From a virus: a stretch of 64,000 bases of DNA. The notes beneath the pieces were generated by a model. It searched no databases and was not told the origin of the DNA. It worked only from the letters and a program-made list of their open reading frames with translations. Positions within the stretch are counted from its first letter, which is position 1; every line of letters starts with the position of its first letter. Both the position numbers and the translations under genes were made by a program. Positions 49,720 through 58,825 of the stretch are shown piece by piece. Location of the stretch: positions 32,001 to 96,000 of IMG/VR virus record IMGVR_UViG_3300033141_004289; one strand, 5' to 3'.

Positions 49720-50307
49720 ATGAATACACAATCAACAATAGTAAGAGGTGAAGATAGGCCTTTAATTCTTAGAATGGTTTTTAAAGAATCCAGAGAGCCA
49801 TTTGATTTGGTTAATTGGTCAAAGGTTACTATTCAATTTAGAAAAGCTGATAGGTCAATACTTGAAAAAGATTCTGATCTAGTTGGTGGTGTATTTGCTA
49901 CAATGCTTTATGAAGCAGTTAATTATACTGCGGCTACAGTTGGTAGTGGTGGAAATGGTATTTTATTGCCATTTGATGGAATTAAAAACATAGCAACCGT
50001 TGTTAGTGAGTGGAATACGGCCAATCCAACAAATCAAGTTGTTCATGATGCCTCTGATGATTTAGTTGTTCCATCAACTGCAAATGTGCAATTAATTGGT
50101 GGAGTTGACCCAACTAGAAATGTTGAAGTTATTAATGAAGCTGTAGGTAAAATTTCAGTTCATTTAACAGATGCAGATACTCAGTCATTAAAAACAGGTC
50201 CTAATCAGTCGTTTAAAGTAATAGTTGATAAAGGCGATCATCCAAACGGTGAGCGAAGAGTTGTTATTTTTGATAGTGCTTTAAATGTAATTAATGCAGA
50301 TATTTAA
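49720..50307 (+). CDS. BppU-N-like Ig domain protein with inserted module
   Basis: IVRGED...PFDL...GKISVHLTDADTQSL. Confidence 0.5.
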   Translation: MNTQSTIVRGEDRPLILRMVFKESREPFDLVNWSKVTIQFRKADRSILEKDSDLVGGVFATMLYEAVNYTAATVGSGGNGILLPFDGIKNIATVVSEWNTANPTNQVVHDASDDLVVPSTANVQLIGGVDPTRNVEVINEAVGKISVHLTDADTQSLKTGPNQSFKVIVDKGDHPNGERRVVIFDSALNVINADI

Positions 50308-50446
50308 TGTAAGATTGGAACATTTGCAATCAACCTAAAGATATCTTAAACTTATTGTAAGCATACAATTAGGAATTCAAGGAAGAGATTCTAATTCAGC
50401 ATAAAATGGATAGGGTGTACCTATAAAAAGGGGCCTGATTATATGC

Positions 50447-50743
50447 TTACAAGGATGTTATGGTGCTAGTTAGGCCCTTTTTTCTTTTTGCAAGTTTTGA
50501 AGCAACTAATCTACCACACGGTCTATCGGAAGGGAATCCCACATATGAACAAGCGGTTGGTTTTATTTTTAGTAATTTTGCTAATTTTTTATAGTTTGTT
50601 TCAATTATATCGTACTTGTCGTCTGGAATCGGTGTTAGACCGTATTCAGAACCACAGTAATACCTAAACTTATGTTCTAATATTTCCCAACCTAATTTAG
50701 TAAATATTTTATTTGCTTGTTTCTTTGTTAACTTTTTCTTCAT
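50447..50743 (-). CDS. stand-alone NAD-dependent ligase domain Ia-like protein
   Basis: HKFRYY...PIPDDKYDIIE matches LigA Ia Y-Y...P-I-x-D-x-x-Y-D. Confidence 0.6.
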   Translation of the reverse strand: MKKKLTKKQANKIFTKLGWEILEHKFRYYCGSEYGLTPIPDDKYDIIETNYKKLAKLLKIKPTACSYVGFPSDRPCGRLVASKLAKRKKGLTSTITSL

Positions 50744-51044
50744 CTCTAAAGCTCATTTCCATAACTTTTTCAAGTGTTGGTGTACCCATTTTAAAATTTT
50801 TGTTCTTTTTAAAGGCTATTTCATTTTCTAATAAAAATTCGTGTATATCACCTCTTAATGTATCCAAGGTTAACTTATCCTTATCCCTGACTATTCTTTC
50901 CTCAATTGTTTGAAACGCTTGCATTTGGCCAAGTAGGTAAAAATCCTTTATGTAAGTGTAAAAATTCTTATAACAGAATTTCTTCTTTTCACCAGGGCCA
51001 AATAATCTTCTACTATGTACTTTTAAAAAGTGGTCTAATTTCAT
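50709..51044 (-). CDS. hypothetical protein
   Basis: AAGGA RBS; overlaps next gene. Confidence 0.5.
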   Translation of the reverse strand: MKLDHFLKVHSRRLFGPGEKKKFCYKNFYTYIKDFYLLGQMQAFQTIEERIVRDKDKLTLDTLRGDIHEFLLENEIAFKKNKNFKMGTPTLEKVMEMSFRDEEKVNKETSK

Positions 51045-51125
51045 ATTCTTTCCTTTGTTCTTGAAATAGCCAAGTATTTAATTTATCTATTATAAAATTA
51101 TCAACCAAATTTCAATGGAGAAAAC

Positions 51126-51404
51126 ATGAATAAATTACCCGAAAAAGTTGTTATGGCCCTTTACAAGATTGATTTAAAGATTAAGGAACTAAATGAAAAA
51201 AAGAAGGAGTTGACTCGCAAGGCATTTGATAAATTCGGTGAGTCCACTGGTGTAGTTACAGTCAAAGGTGAGAAGCCTTATTTAAGGGTAAAAATCATCG
51301 ATTCTGGGCCTAATTTTATGGAAGGTGAGACATTGTTCAGGTCTGCCGGAATTAATCGATTTAACGCTGATATAAGCTGTTTAAAGCACCCACCTAAATC
51401 ATAG
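51126..51404 (+). CDS. hypothetical protein
   Basis: GGAG RBS. Confidence 0.55.
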   Translation: MNKLPEKVVMALYKIDLKIKELNEKKKELTRKAFDKFGESTGVVTVKGEKPYLRVKIIDSGPNFMEGETLFRSAGINRFNADISCLKHPPKS

Positions 51405-51435
51405 TAATTTATAGCTATAAATTACCTCTCTTTTT
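51404..51435 (+). terminator. perfect 22-bp palindrome then pyrimidine run (terminator/insulator candidate)
   Basis: GTAATTTATAGCTATAAATTAC (51404-51425) then CTCTCTTTTT. Confidence 0.5.
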
Positions 51436-51458
51436 CGCCTGATTTTGTATGGTTAGAT

Positions 51459-51536
51459 ACCCTATAATCTTTATAATAGTCGAGTTATTCACTTGACTAT
51501 TATCCTCTATAAGTTATAATGGGTTATACCCATTAT
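51459..51536 (+). promoter_or_regulatory. sigma70-type early promoter with two inverted repeats (copy B)
   Basis: TTGACT 51493-98, 16 bp, TATAAT 51515-20; IRs at 51473-51503 and 51516-51536. Confidence 0.85.
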
Positions 51537-51555
51537 TTGAAAATAGGGAGGAATT

Positions 51556-51729
51556 ATGAGTAACAAAAAGCCATCTATCGAAGCCTTTTATAAGGTCCAT
51601 AAACTCGAAATTGACTCAAGTTGGATTGCATATTTAGAAGATGCAAAAATGTTTAATATAGATAGAGATAGTTCTGAAGAAGCTAAAATTTTATTTATTG
51701 AGCAATATTATTACGATTTCTGTTTCTAA
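51556..51729 (+). CDS. small early protein (57 aa, not in ORF track)
   Basis: GGGAGG RBS; MSNKKPSIEAFY...YYYDFCF*; first gene after promoter B. Confidence 0.7.
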   Translation: MSNKKPSIEAFYKVHKLEIDSSWIAYLEDAKMFNIDRDSSEEAKILFIEQYYYDFCF

Positions 51730-51754
51730 TACAAAATTAATAAGGAGGACTTTA

Positions 51755-52084
51755 ATGAGATCACCTAAAGAACAAATTGAATGGCAAAAACAGGCATATG
51801 GAATGACATGGGAAGAGGTTGAATATCAAGTTCCAGAACATTGTAGGCAGTCACCCTATGATTGTAATTCCGTAGCCATTTCAATGCTATCAGATTTACA
51901 GCATGAAATTGAGCATGACATTCTTTCTAAAGAGAAGATGAATCAAAAAATAAACATTATTAAAAAGTTTATTATGCTTAGTGGAGATAAATTCACCACT
52001 GCACTTTCAGAATTATCAGGTAAGGATACTGAAGCAACATATCTTGAATATAGAAACAAAGATATTAAACCCGCAAAACTTTAG
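51755..52084 (+). CDS. hypothetical early protein (start ATG 51755)
   Basis: TAAGGAGG RBS. Confidence 0.6.
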   Translation: MRSPKEQIEWQKQAYGMTWEEVEYQVPEHCRQSPYDCNSVAISMLSDLQHEIEHDILSKEKMNQKINIIKKFIMLSGDKFTTALSELSGKDTEATYLEYRNKDIKPAKL

Positions 52085-52113
52085 ACAATAATAATTCAAC
52101 AAAGGGGAGAGTT

Positions 52114-52674
52114 ATGAATAAGAAAAAAGATTATAAAGGTGGCCTATCAGAAGGTGTAACATCGTCTTATCATTTTAAAGACTATGTAGAATCAGGTCAT
52201 CCATCTGGATATATTGGTGCATATAATAGATCAGCTAATAAGGATAAAATAGTTGAAAAAGCACTTAGAGATACTGGATTAGGTGATGGTGGAGTAGCTT
52301 GTTGGCTAACATCTGGGAATGGCCGTCATTTGATGGATGATGTGGGTAAAACCATCAAGGAATTTAAAAAACGAGTTAATGAATATACTAAAGGTGCATT
52401 TGAAGATGTTACAGTTTGGAACCACCCAGATCATACAGGATTTTATAGCGCAACTATAAAATTAAAAGAAGAAATTTTTGATAAAAAAACAATGCTAATG
52501 GCTCAACTTACAAGGGCCGTTAATATGGATATTGAAGTAGATCGAGCATATTACCTAGTGTTTTCAGAATTTCCAACTATGAAGGTGCTGATTAATTTAA
52601 TTGATACAACAGAGAAAATGGACTCATTTTTGAAAAAGAAGATTAAGGCCTATATTAAACAGCTTAAATCTTAG
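52114..52674 (+). CDS. hypothetical early protein
   Basis: GGGGAG RBS; WLTSGNGRHLMD. Confidence 0.6.
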   Translation: MNKKKDYKGGLSEGVTSSYHFKDYVESGHPSGYIGAYNRSANKDKIVEKALRDTGLGDGGVACWLTSGNGRHLMDDVGKTIKEFKKRVNEYTKGAFEDVTVWNHPDHTGFYSATIKLKEEIFDKKTMLMAQLTRAVNMDIEVDRAYYLVFSEFPTMKVLINLIDTTEKMDSFLKKKIKAYIKQLKS

Positions 52675-52692
52675 CGAGATTGGAGGAAAACG

Positions 52693-52875
52693 ATGATTAA
52701 AAGATACAAAAAAATAAATTTAAGGATGAATAGGTGGTCAGATATTGTAGAAATTGACATTGAATCTGAGGTTAAAAGATCACCTAAATTCTGGAAAATA
52801 GAAGGTAAAAGCATTTTCTCATTATGTGAATATGGTTACCCTTGGTACAAATACGAAGAGGTAGGAGACAAATAA
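52693..52875 (+). CDS. hypothetical protein
   Basis: GGAGG RBS. Confidence 0.5.
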   Translation: MIKRYKKINLRMNRWSDIVEIDIESEVKRSPKFWKIEGKSIFSLCEYGYPWYKYEEVGDK

Positions 52876-52892
52876 TAATTTAAAATAAGGAT

Positions 52893-53546
52893 TTGGATAT
52901 GGCTATGAAACTAGGAAATGTATATTTATATAATAAGACCTACCTTTATTTTAAGGATAAAAGAAGGGTAAAAAAGAGGATTGTCTATACTGTTCAGGAA
53001 GTTAGTTCAGCGGGTGAATTATCTGAGCCATTTGAAAAAATGTTTAGGCGAAATGATTGTAAATTAGTTGATAAGTGTGAAATTAATATACAGGTTATTT
53101 TATCCAAATACGATAAGGATAAAAACAAATTTTACCAATTAGTCAAACGAGCAGTAGTTTATAATGATACCAGTAAGGCATACAGGGTTAATCAAAGAAA
53201 ATCCTACCATGATAATATAGCTAAATTGGCCATATGTTGTAGTGGTTATTTCAATAAAGCGGAAGATCGAAGATACAATTTAAGAGATTTTAGTGAAGCA
53301 ATGAATTTAACTAGAAACTCAGACCTTTATAAATGGGTCAGGGATTTTTACAATTTTTATTTTACAACCAAAAAATATAAGCAAGCCATTCCTAGTGCAT
53401 CAGATACAACAATTATATCAGTTATTAGAAAGTATAATGAAACACTGAGTTCTTATATTGGTTATTCAAAGAAATTAGATGAACTAATCCACAATGATTT
53501 AAAGGCATATATAAAGGAGTTTCAAAAACGGGGTTTAAGATTATGA
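52893..53546 (+). CDS. hypothetical protein
   Basis: 217 aa ORF; ATGA overlap with next gene. Confidence 0.55.
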   Translation: MDMAMKLGNVYLYNKTYLYFKDKRRVKKRIVYTVQEVSSAGELSEPFEKMFRRNDCKLVDKCEINIQVILSKYDKDKNKFYQLVKRAVVYNDTSKAYRVNQRKSYHDNIAKLAICCSGYFNKAEDRRYNLRDFSEAMNLTRNSDLYKWVRDFYNFYFTTKKYKQAIPSASDTTIISVIRKYNETLSSYIGYSKKLDELIHNDLKAYIKEFQKRGLRL

Positions 53547-54079
53547 AGATAGAATTTAGCGGGGTAAAAGACGAAAAAATGCAAAAAGAAATTGAGACAT
53601 CACTCGTAGACACAATGAAACTATTTTATGCATCAAGCGAAGGTCAAGATTATGGAAAAACATTACACCGTCATAAGTTAAATGTAATCCTTAGCTCAAG
53701 GATGCGAACCTATGGTGGTTGGGCAACAGGGCATATAAATGAAATAAAATTAAACTATAAATTATTAAAAGATAACCCATCAGAACTAATCGGTACTTTC
53801 ATACACGAATTGGCACATATATTAATCTTCCATATACACCAATATGATGTAAGACCCCATGGAAAAGAATGGAAAGCATTAATGGTTTCATTAAATAGTG
53901 ACCCGAGTAGATGTCACAATATGGATACTTCAAAAATGAGAAGAAGACAAAGACGTTTTAGTTACGGTTGTGGGTGTAGAACATTTAACTTATCAGCAAC
54001 TAAGGCAAACAGAATTGAAAAAGGTAGAAACTATTGGTGCTTAAAATGTAAAAAGGACTTAATTAAAATAAAGGAGTGA
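53543..54079 (+). CDS. SprT-like zinc metalloprotease
   Basis: HELAH, PHGKEWK, CGC...CLKC Zn ribbon. Confidence 0.85.
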   Translation: MKIEFSGVKDEKMQKEIETSLVDTMKLFYASSEGQDYGKTLHRHKLNVILSSRMRTYGGWATGHINEIKLNYKLLKDNPSELIGTFIHELAHILIFHIHQYDVRPHGKEWKALMVSLNSDPSRCHNMDTSKMRRRQRRFSYGCGCRTFNLSATKANRIEKGRNYWCLKCKKDLIKIKE

Positions 54080-54080
54080 T

Positions 54081-54992
54081 ATGCAGAAACTATTATTATT
54101 AGATTACATAGATGGTTCTAAAAAACCAAAAACAGAAGCTTGGGAATTTTTTACAAAGGTATTTAGCTACGCAAAACACTTTAAAATGATTGGCCCAAAT
54201 AAAAGCTCATTTCAAGTACACACTAAAACATTGGAAGAAAGAGAATTTATAGATAATGTTGAAATGCTAATGGGTAAAGATGAATCCTTTTTAAATTTAT
54301 TTGCTAGTTATGCTTCTTATATAAATAAAAAGGGTGAAGCATATGTATTTAGTAATGGATTAGTTAATGCTTTATCAAATACCAAAATGGATATTAAAGG
54401 TAGTTATTTACCAGATAAATTCTGTGGGTATATTGAATTACCAAATTTAAGAGATCAGGACAACGAGGTTATTCAAGGAATAATAGTTGATATAGATACA
54501 ATAGAAGGTAAGTGGTATTTAAGATTTGCCTATGTAACTAATCTAAAGGGATTAGTTATGGGGCACTTTTTTATACATATTGATGGAAATAAACCAATAT
54601 CAGAATTGGCTGAAAGTTATAAGTTTAGAGAGGGGAGAGTTGGAGAGAATGGTGGTGTAGAATACAGCACAACACAGGGTATTTACCATTCCTTTAGTTC
54701 CGTTATTATAAATGCCATATTATATCTAACCTCTCAGGACGCAGATTTAATCCAATCAATCAATGAATTCTCACCTAAAAAATCCAAGTCATCAGGTCAA
54801 AAAAGGATATTTACTTCCAAATCATTTTGGTCGGTTGGAACAACTAAAGAATTCCATCAAATAAATAAGCCTTTAAAAAGTAATATATCAGTTATAGGTC
54901 ATTGGAGATTTCAACCATGCGGACCTAAAAAACAATTTGTAAAGTTTATTTATATTTCCCCACACACTAGAAACAAAAAGGAGGCAAAATGA
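54081..54992 (+). CDS. hypothetical protein (GHWR-Q-CG C-terminal motif, paralog 1)
   Basis: VIGHWRFQPCGP...IYISPH. Confidence 0.6.
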   Translation: MQKLLLLDYIDGSKKPKTEAWEFFTKVFSYAKHFKMIGPNKSSFQVHTKTLEEREFIDNVEMLMGKDESFLNLFASYASYINKKGEAYVFSNGLVNALSNTKMDIKGSYLPDKFCGYIELPNLRDQDNEVIQGIIVDIDTIEGKWYLRFAYVTNLKGLVMGHFFIHIDGNKPISELAESYKFREGRVGENGGVEYSTTQGIYHSFSSVIINAILYLTSQDADLIQSINEFSPKKSKSSGQKRIFTSKSFWSVGTTKEFHQINKPLKSNISVIGHWRFQPCGPKKQFVKFIYISPHTRNKKEAK

Positions 54993-55189
54993 TGTTAAAA
55001 GCTATCGTTGAAAAATTAAGGTTAAAGGCTTGCTATCTTATTGAAGATATCGGTGACGTTCAATCTATTGAATTTAAAGAACTTGATACTCGTGGGAATA
55101 GGGCATTGCTAAATTCTTTAAGGGAAATTAACCAGAGTATTAGTGAACTAATTGATGATTTAGACAATGAACTAAAGGAGGAAAAATGA
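54989..55189 (+). CDS. hypothetical protein
   Basis: AGGAGG RBS. Confidence 0.5.
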   Translation: MMLKAIVEKLRLKACYLIEDIGDVQSIEFKELDTRGNRALLNSLREINQSISELIDDLDNELKEEK

Positions 55190-55350
55190 AAATACTAGAA
55201 ATGTCAGATGACCAGTTAATTGAAGCATTAAGTTACATGGAAAAAGTACCTATAGAAGACCCAAATTTCTCAGGTTGGAATTTTGATGAAGATTGCTGGA
55301 AGGATAAAAAACAGGAGTTATTAGACGAGAAGGATAGAAGAATTAACTAG
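55186..55350 (+). CDS. small acidic protein (54 aa, not in ORF track)
   Basis: AGGAGG RBS, ATGA overlap; MKILEMSDDQL...DRRIN*. Confidence 0.6.
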   Translation: MKILEMSDDQLIEALSYMEKVPIEDPNFSGWNFDEDCWKDKKQELLDEKDRRIN

Positions 55351-55359
55351 GAGGTAAAA

Positions 55360-56325
55360 GTGAGTGATTTTGTACATAAATACAGAATTAGACAACAAGG
55401 AAAAAAACGTAAGCCGCATTTTGAATTAATGCTAAATACCTATCCAGACCTGTCTAATATGGATTTAAGCCTTGAAGATGGTGATAAACCATTAGGTGTA
55501 ATTTTAGGACTTACAGAGACGTTTTTAGAGGCTTTTCCAGATGGTTTTGTAAGTAATGACAAGACACACTCAACAAGTCATTCAATGCTCGCTTATTGGA
55601 AAACATTAGATTTATATGGCAGAGATATATACAAGATGGGTGAAGGTTTTTCAAAGGCCTTATTAAATGTGAATTTAGATATACCTGCAAAACATCTTCC
55701 ATTATTGAATAAAATGATTTGTATCGAATTTCCAGATAATTTAAGATTCAATGCTGGTCCATCCGCAATAAATATGGAAGCAGATAGATTTATAAATTGT
55801 GTTTATGTTGTTGTTACAGATGAGAAGGCCGAAACAAAGGATGGTTCTGAAGCAAAAAGGACTATGCGCTGTATAATGCCTTTATATGACGAAAATAATG
55901 ATTTAACGATGGAGGTTCAAGAATACGGTATACCTATAATTGACCTTGAAAAGACCTTCTTAGAGGCAGTTGAAAGGGCATCAAGATTTGATGAAGTTCC
56001 CCATAATAATAAGGACTTTATAAAGTTTGTTTTAAAATGCTTAGTTTATATTGATAGTGGTGACCCTGATTTAAGGGACTATAAAGCACCAAAAAATGAT
56101 AAAAATATTAAAGGAAGATCATGGGTTAGAGCTAACAAAAATAATTCATTATTGGATATGACTTTAGTTGGTTACAACCACAAAAAGAATAATCTAAGAC
56201 ATGTTGATAGTTCAATTGTATCAGGCCATTATCGCTGGCAGAGGTGTGGTAAGGGTTTTAGTAAGGTGAAACTAGTATTTATAGAGGAGCATAATAGAAA
56301 ATATGAAAAAAATAAAACTAACTAA
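55360..56325 (+). CDS. hypothetical protein (GHYR-Q-CG motif, paralog 2)
   Basis: VSGHYRWQRCGK...VFIEEH. Confidence 0.6.
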   Translation: MSDFVHKYRIRQQGKKRKPHFELMLNTYPDLSNMDLSLEDGDKPLGVILGLTETFLEAFPDGFVSNDKTHSTSHSMLAYWKTLDLYGRDIYKMGEGFSKALLNVNLDIPAKHLPLLNKMICIEFPDNLRFNAGPSAINMEADRFINCVYVVVTDEKAETKDGSEAKRTMRCIMPLYDENNDLTMEVQEYGIPIIDLEKTFLEAVERASRFDEVPHNNKDFIKFVLKCLVYIDSGDPDLRDYKAPKNDKNIKGRSWVRANKNNSLLDMTLVGYNHKKNNLRHVDSSIVSGHYRWQRCGKGFSKVKLVFIEEHNRKYEKNKTN

Positions 56326-56788
56326 AGGTTATTTTGCATTAGTTGACGATGAAGATTTTGACTACTTGTCTCAGTACAAATGGTCATTACAGAGATCGAA
56401 AACTAAATTGTATGCGAAGAGGTTTATTCGTAAAGCGGGTAAAAAGACGTGCATTAGCATGCACAGGTGTCTACTAAAGGTGGAAGCATCAACAATACAA
56501 GTGGATCACAGGGATGGCAATGGATTAAACAACCAAAAACATAATTTACGGTTGGCTACAAATAAGCAAAATGCCCGAAACAGTAAGAAGCCCAAAGGAG
56601 AGTTTACTTCTAAATTAAAAGGTGTTGGTAGGAGTAGGAAGAGTAAATGGAGGGCTAGAATAACAGTAAATGGACGGGACATCTATCTTGGTACTTTTCA
56701 TACAGAGATTGATGCTGGTAAGGCATACGATAATGCGGCTAAAAAATATTTCAGAGAATTTGCTAAGCTAAACTTTAATAAGGAGTAA
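56303..56788 (+). CDS. HNH-AP2 homing endonuclease
   Basis: ALVDDEDF, MHR, VDHRDGNGLNNQKHNLR, KGV...WRARI...YLGTF...AGKAYD. Confidence 0.9.
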   Translation: MKKIKLTKGYFALVDDEDFDYLSQYKWSLQRSKTKLYAKRFIRKAGKKTCISMHRCLLKVEASTIQVDHRDGNGLNNQKHNLRLATNKQNARNSKKPKGEFTSKLKGVGRSRKSKWRARITVNGRDIYLGTFHTEIDAGKAYDNAAKKYFREFAKLNFNKE

Positions 56789-56790
56789 TA

Positions 56791-57075
56791 ATGAGGGTAG
56801 AAAAAATTATCTTAGAAGCTGACAGTGAAACAACATCAGATGAACGTGATTTAATGATGCTAAATAAAATCGAAGAAATGTTAGGGACGGGACCAATTAT
56901 TGGAGAAGGAAGAGAAGTTATACTAAATCTATCTAGGAACTTAATGATTAGGGATTTAATACTAACTTCTCTAGGTGTTCCAGAAGATGCAAAGGAAGAG
57001 CTGTTTCGTAAGGCAAACGAAATAATGAGAGAAAAAGATGCTAAAATATTAAAAGAGAGGAAAAAATGCAAATAG
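56791..57075 (+). CDS. hypothetical protein
   Basis: TAAGGAG RBS. Confidence 0.55.
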   Translation: MRVEKIILEADSETTSDERDLMMLNKIEEMLGTGPIIGEGREVILNLSRNLMIRDLILTSLGVPEDAKEELFRKANEIMREKDAKILKERKKCK

Positions 57076-57362
57076 AAAAATACTTTGAAAAACATTTAAT
57101 AGAACTAAAAGCAGAGGCGATAGAGTCAACAGATAGTGAAGAGACGGCCTTTCAAATTAAGTCCCAAATTGAAGCATATGTAAATGACCCATGTTTTGAT
57201 CTATGGGATATTGACCCAAATTTTGAAGGAAAAGTGTGTGTTGATACACTGAAGACATTTCAAGAGTTCTTTGAAATGCTTCGAGAAGTCCAGAGTCTTA
57301 GAGCAGATTCAGAGAATTTACAATCTTTTAAAAAGGCTTGGGATTGGATGAAAGGTCAATAA
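57066..57362 (+). CDS. hypothetical protein
   Basis: GAGG RBS; last gene of rightward cluster. Confidence 0.55.
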   Translation: MQIEKYFEKHLIELKAEAIESTDSEETAFQIKSQIEAYVNDPCFDLWDIDPNFEGKVCVDTLKTFQEFFEMLREVQSLRADSENLQSFKKAWDWMKGQ

Positions 57363-57676
57363 AGTTTTTCATCTGTTAAATATGATTCAAATAATTGGTC
57401 ATTAAAATACTGATAAACCCATATATTGGCATTATGCTCTGGTATTTCCACCCTTAAAATTAAAGCTTCTTTCTTAAAGTATGGAAAAAGTACATTATGT
57501 AACTCTGGCTCAGTTATAATCATATTGTAGTCGTTATAATAAAGAGTATAATCAAAGGTGATATTTAATAAATCAGTAAATTTATCTAACTTTTCACCTT
57601 TTAATTTCTTAATACTACCTAATTCTTCTCTGATCCCTTCTTTAATATATTTTAAGACGCTATTGAGCTTGTCCAT
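57356..57676 (-). CDS. hypothetical protein
   Basis: GGAG RBS; end of - strand cluster. Confidence 0.5.
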   Translation of the reverse strand: MDKLNSVLKYIKEGIREELGSIKKLKGEKLDKFTDLLNITFDYTLYYNDYNMIITEPELHNVLFPYFKKEALILRVEIPEHNANIWVYQYFNDQLFESYLTDEKLY

Positions 57677-58497
57677 GTTTTATCTCCATATCCGTTGAAG
57701 AATTTATTTAACCACATAACAAAATCCATATTGTGGTCTACTAATTCTCTTGCTCTAGTAGGTAAATCAACATATTTTCTACAATTTCCATCTAAGAATT
57801 CTTGTGGATTTATCTTCCATAATTCAATCTCATCAGTTACTGGAATATTTTTAAAGTTACATGTTATCCAAAAATCTTTTTGACTTAATTTATTTCTATG
57901 TAAATAGTTATTTAATTGACCTTCTGTTTTCCAGTATTGCTCACCCAGTTCATCTCCATGAAGATTTTTCCAGTGATTTAATCTTGGCTGAGTATCTTTA
58001 TGTTTAAAAGTATCAAATACTAATTGAAATTCAGCTATTGAATCAATTGAGCCACTAGTGCTTCCAGTTACAGGGTATTTATTTAACATTTTTGTAACAT
58101 CATTTAATAAGGCAGTTGTTCCAAGGTTGAATAATCTATAAATAAATCCTCTACTAGTGGCCTGACAAAATAGATTAGAGCAATATAAATGGTCATTATT
58201 TTTAATTAATTTCATTCTGCAAGTTGGGCAAAATTCTGGAATATTGTATTTCTCATCTGACTTTTTAATAATTGTTTTAATAGTTGGTACAGCATGTTCA
58301 TCAAAATCAATTTTTAATTTAGCACCTTTTCCAATCCCTACTAATAACGGTTTAAAATCCTTATAAATTAATGAATCAACACCTAATTTTTCAATCTCTT
58401 TATTACTATTTAAGTGGAATAAAGGAGCTATGTTACCCTTTAGATTAGTTATAAACTGTGTTTTTTTAACCGTTACAATTGCTTTAGTTATTATCAT
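57652..58497 (-). CDS. LigA-like OB-fold + C4 Zn-finger protein with no adenylation domain
   Basis: GIGKGAKL...VPTI...IPEFCPTC...LYCSNLFCQA matches the LigA OB/Zn region. Confidence 0.55.
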   Translation of the reverse strand: MIITKAIVTVKKTQFITNLKGNIAPLFHLNSNKEIEKLGVDSLIYKDFKPLLVGIGKGAKLKIDFDEHAVPTIKTIIKKSDEKYNIPEFCPTCRMKLIKNNDHLYCSNLFCQATSRGFIYRLFNLGTTALLNDVTKMLNKYPVTGSTSGSIDSIAEFQLVFDTFKHKDTQPRLNHWKNLHGDELGEQYWKTEGQLNNYLHRNKLSQKDFWITCNFKNIPVTDEIELWKINPQEFLDGNCRKYVDLPTRARELVDHNMDFVMWLNKFFNGYGDKTWTSSIAS

Positions 58498-58504
58498 TAT
58501 TACC

Positions 58505-58825
58505 TCAGATTAAAGTGTTGTAGGATTCAGAATTATAATTTTTTTCGCCATAGTCGTCATATTGCCCATTAATTGATTTAACCTCTTTTCCGCTAAAGCC
58601 TTTTTGTGACTTATAAACTGTTAATTCAACCACTTGTTCAGCAACTAATTTTCTAAATGCACCATCATTCATAATAACATCTTTATTATGAACAAATGCA
58701 TCACCTAATCCAACAACAGTTTGAAAGTTATTTCCAACCTTTTTTTCTAATAATTTTACAAATCCAAAACCCTTTTCACAGTCGAATTTGATAACTTTAC
58801 CTCTAAATATCCCTTCTGACTTCAT
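58505..58825 (-). CDS. cold-shock domain protein
   Basis: GKVIKFDCEKGFGFV...DAFVH. Confidence 0.85.
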   Translation of the reverse strand: MKSEGIFRGKVIKFDCEKGFGFVKLLEKKVGNNFQTVVGLGDAFVHNKDVIMNDGAFRKLVAEQVVELTVYKSQKGFSGKEVKSINGQYDDYGEKNYNSESYNTLI

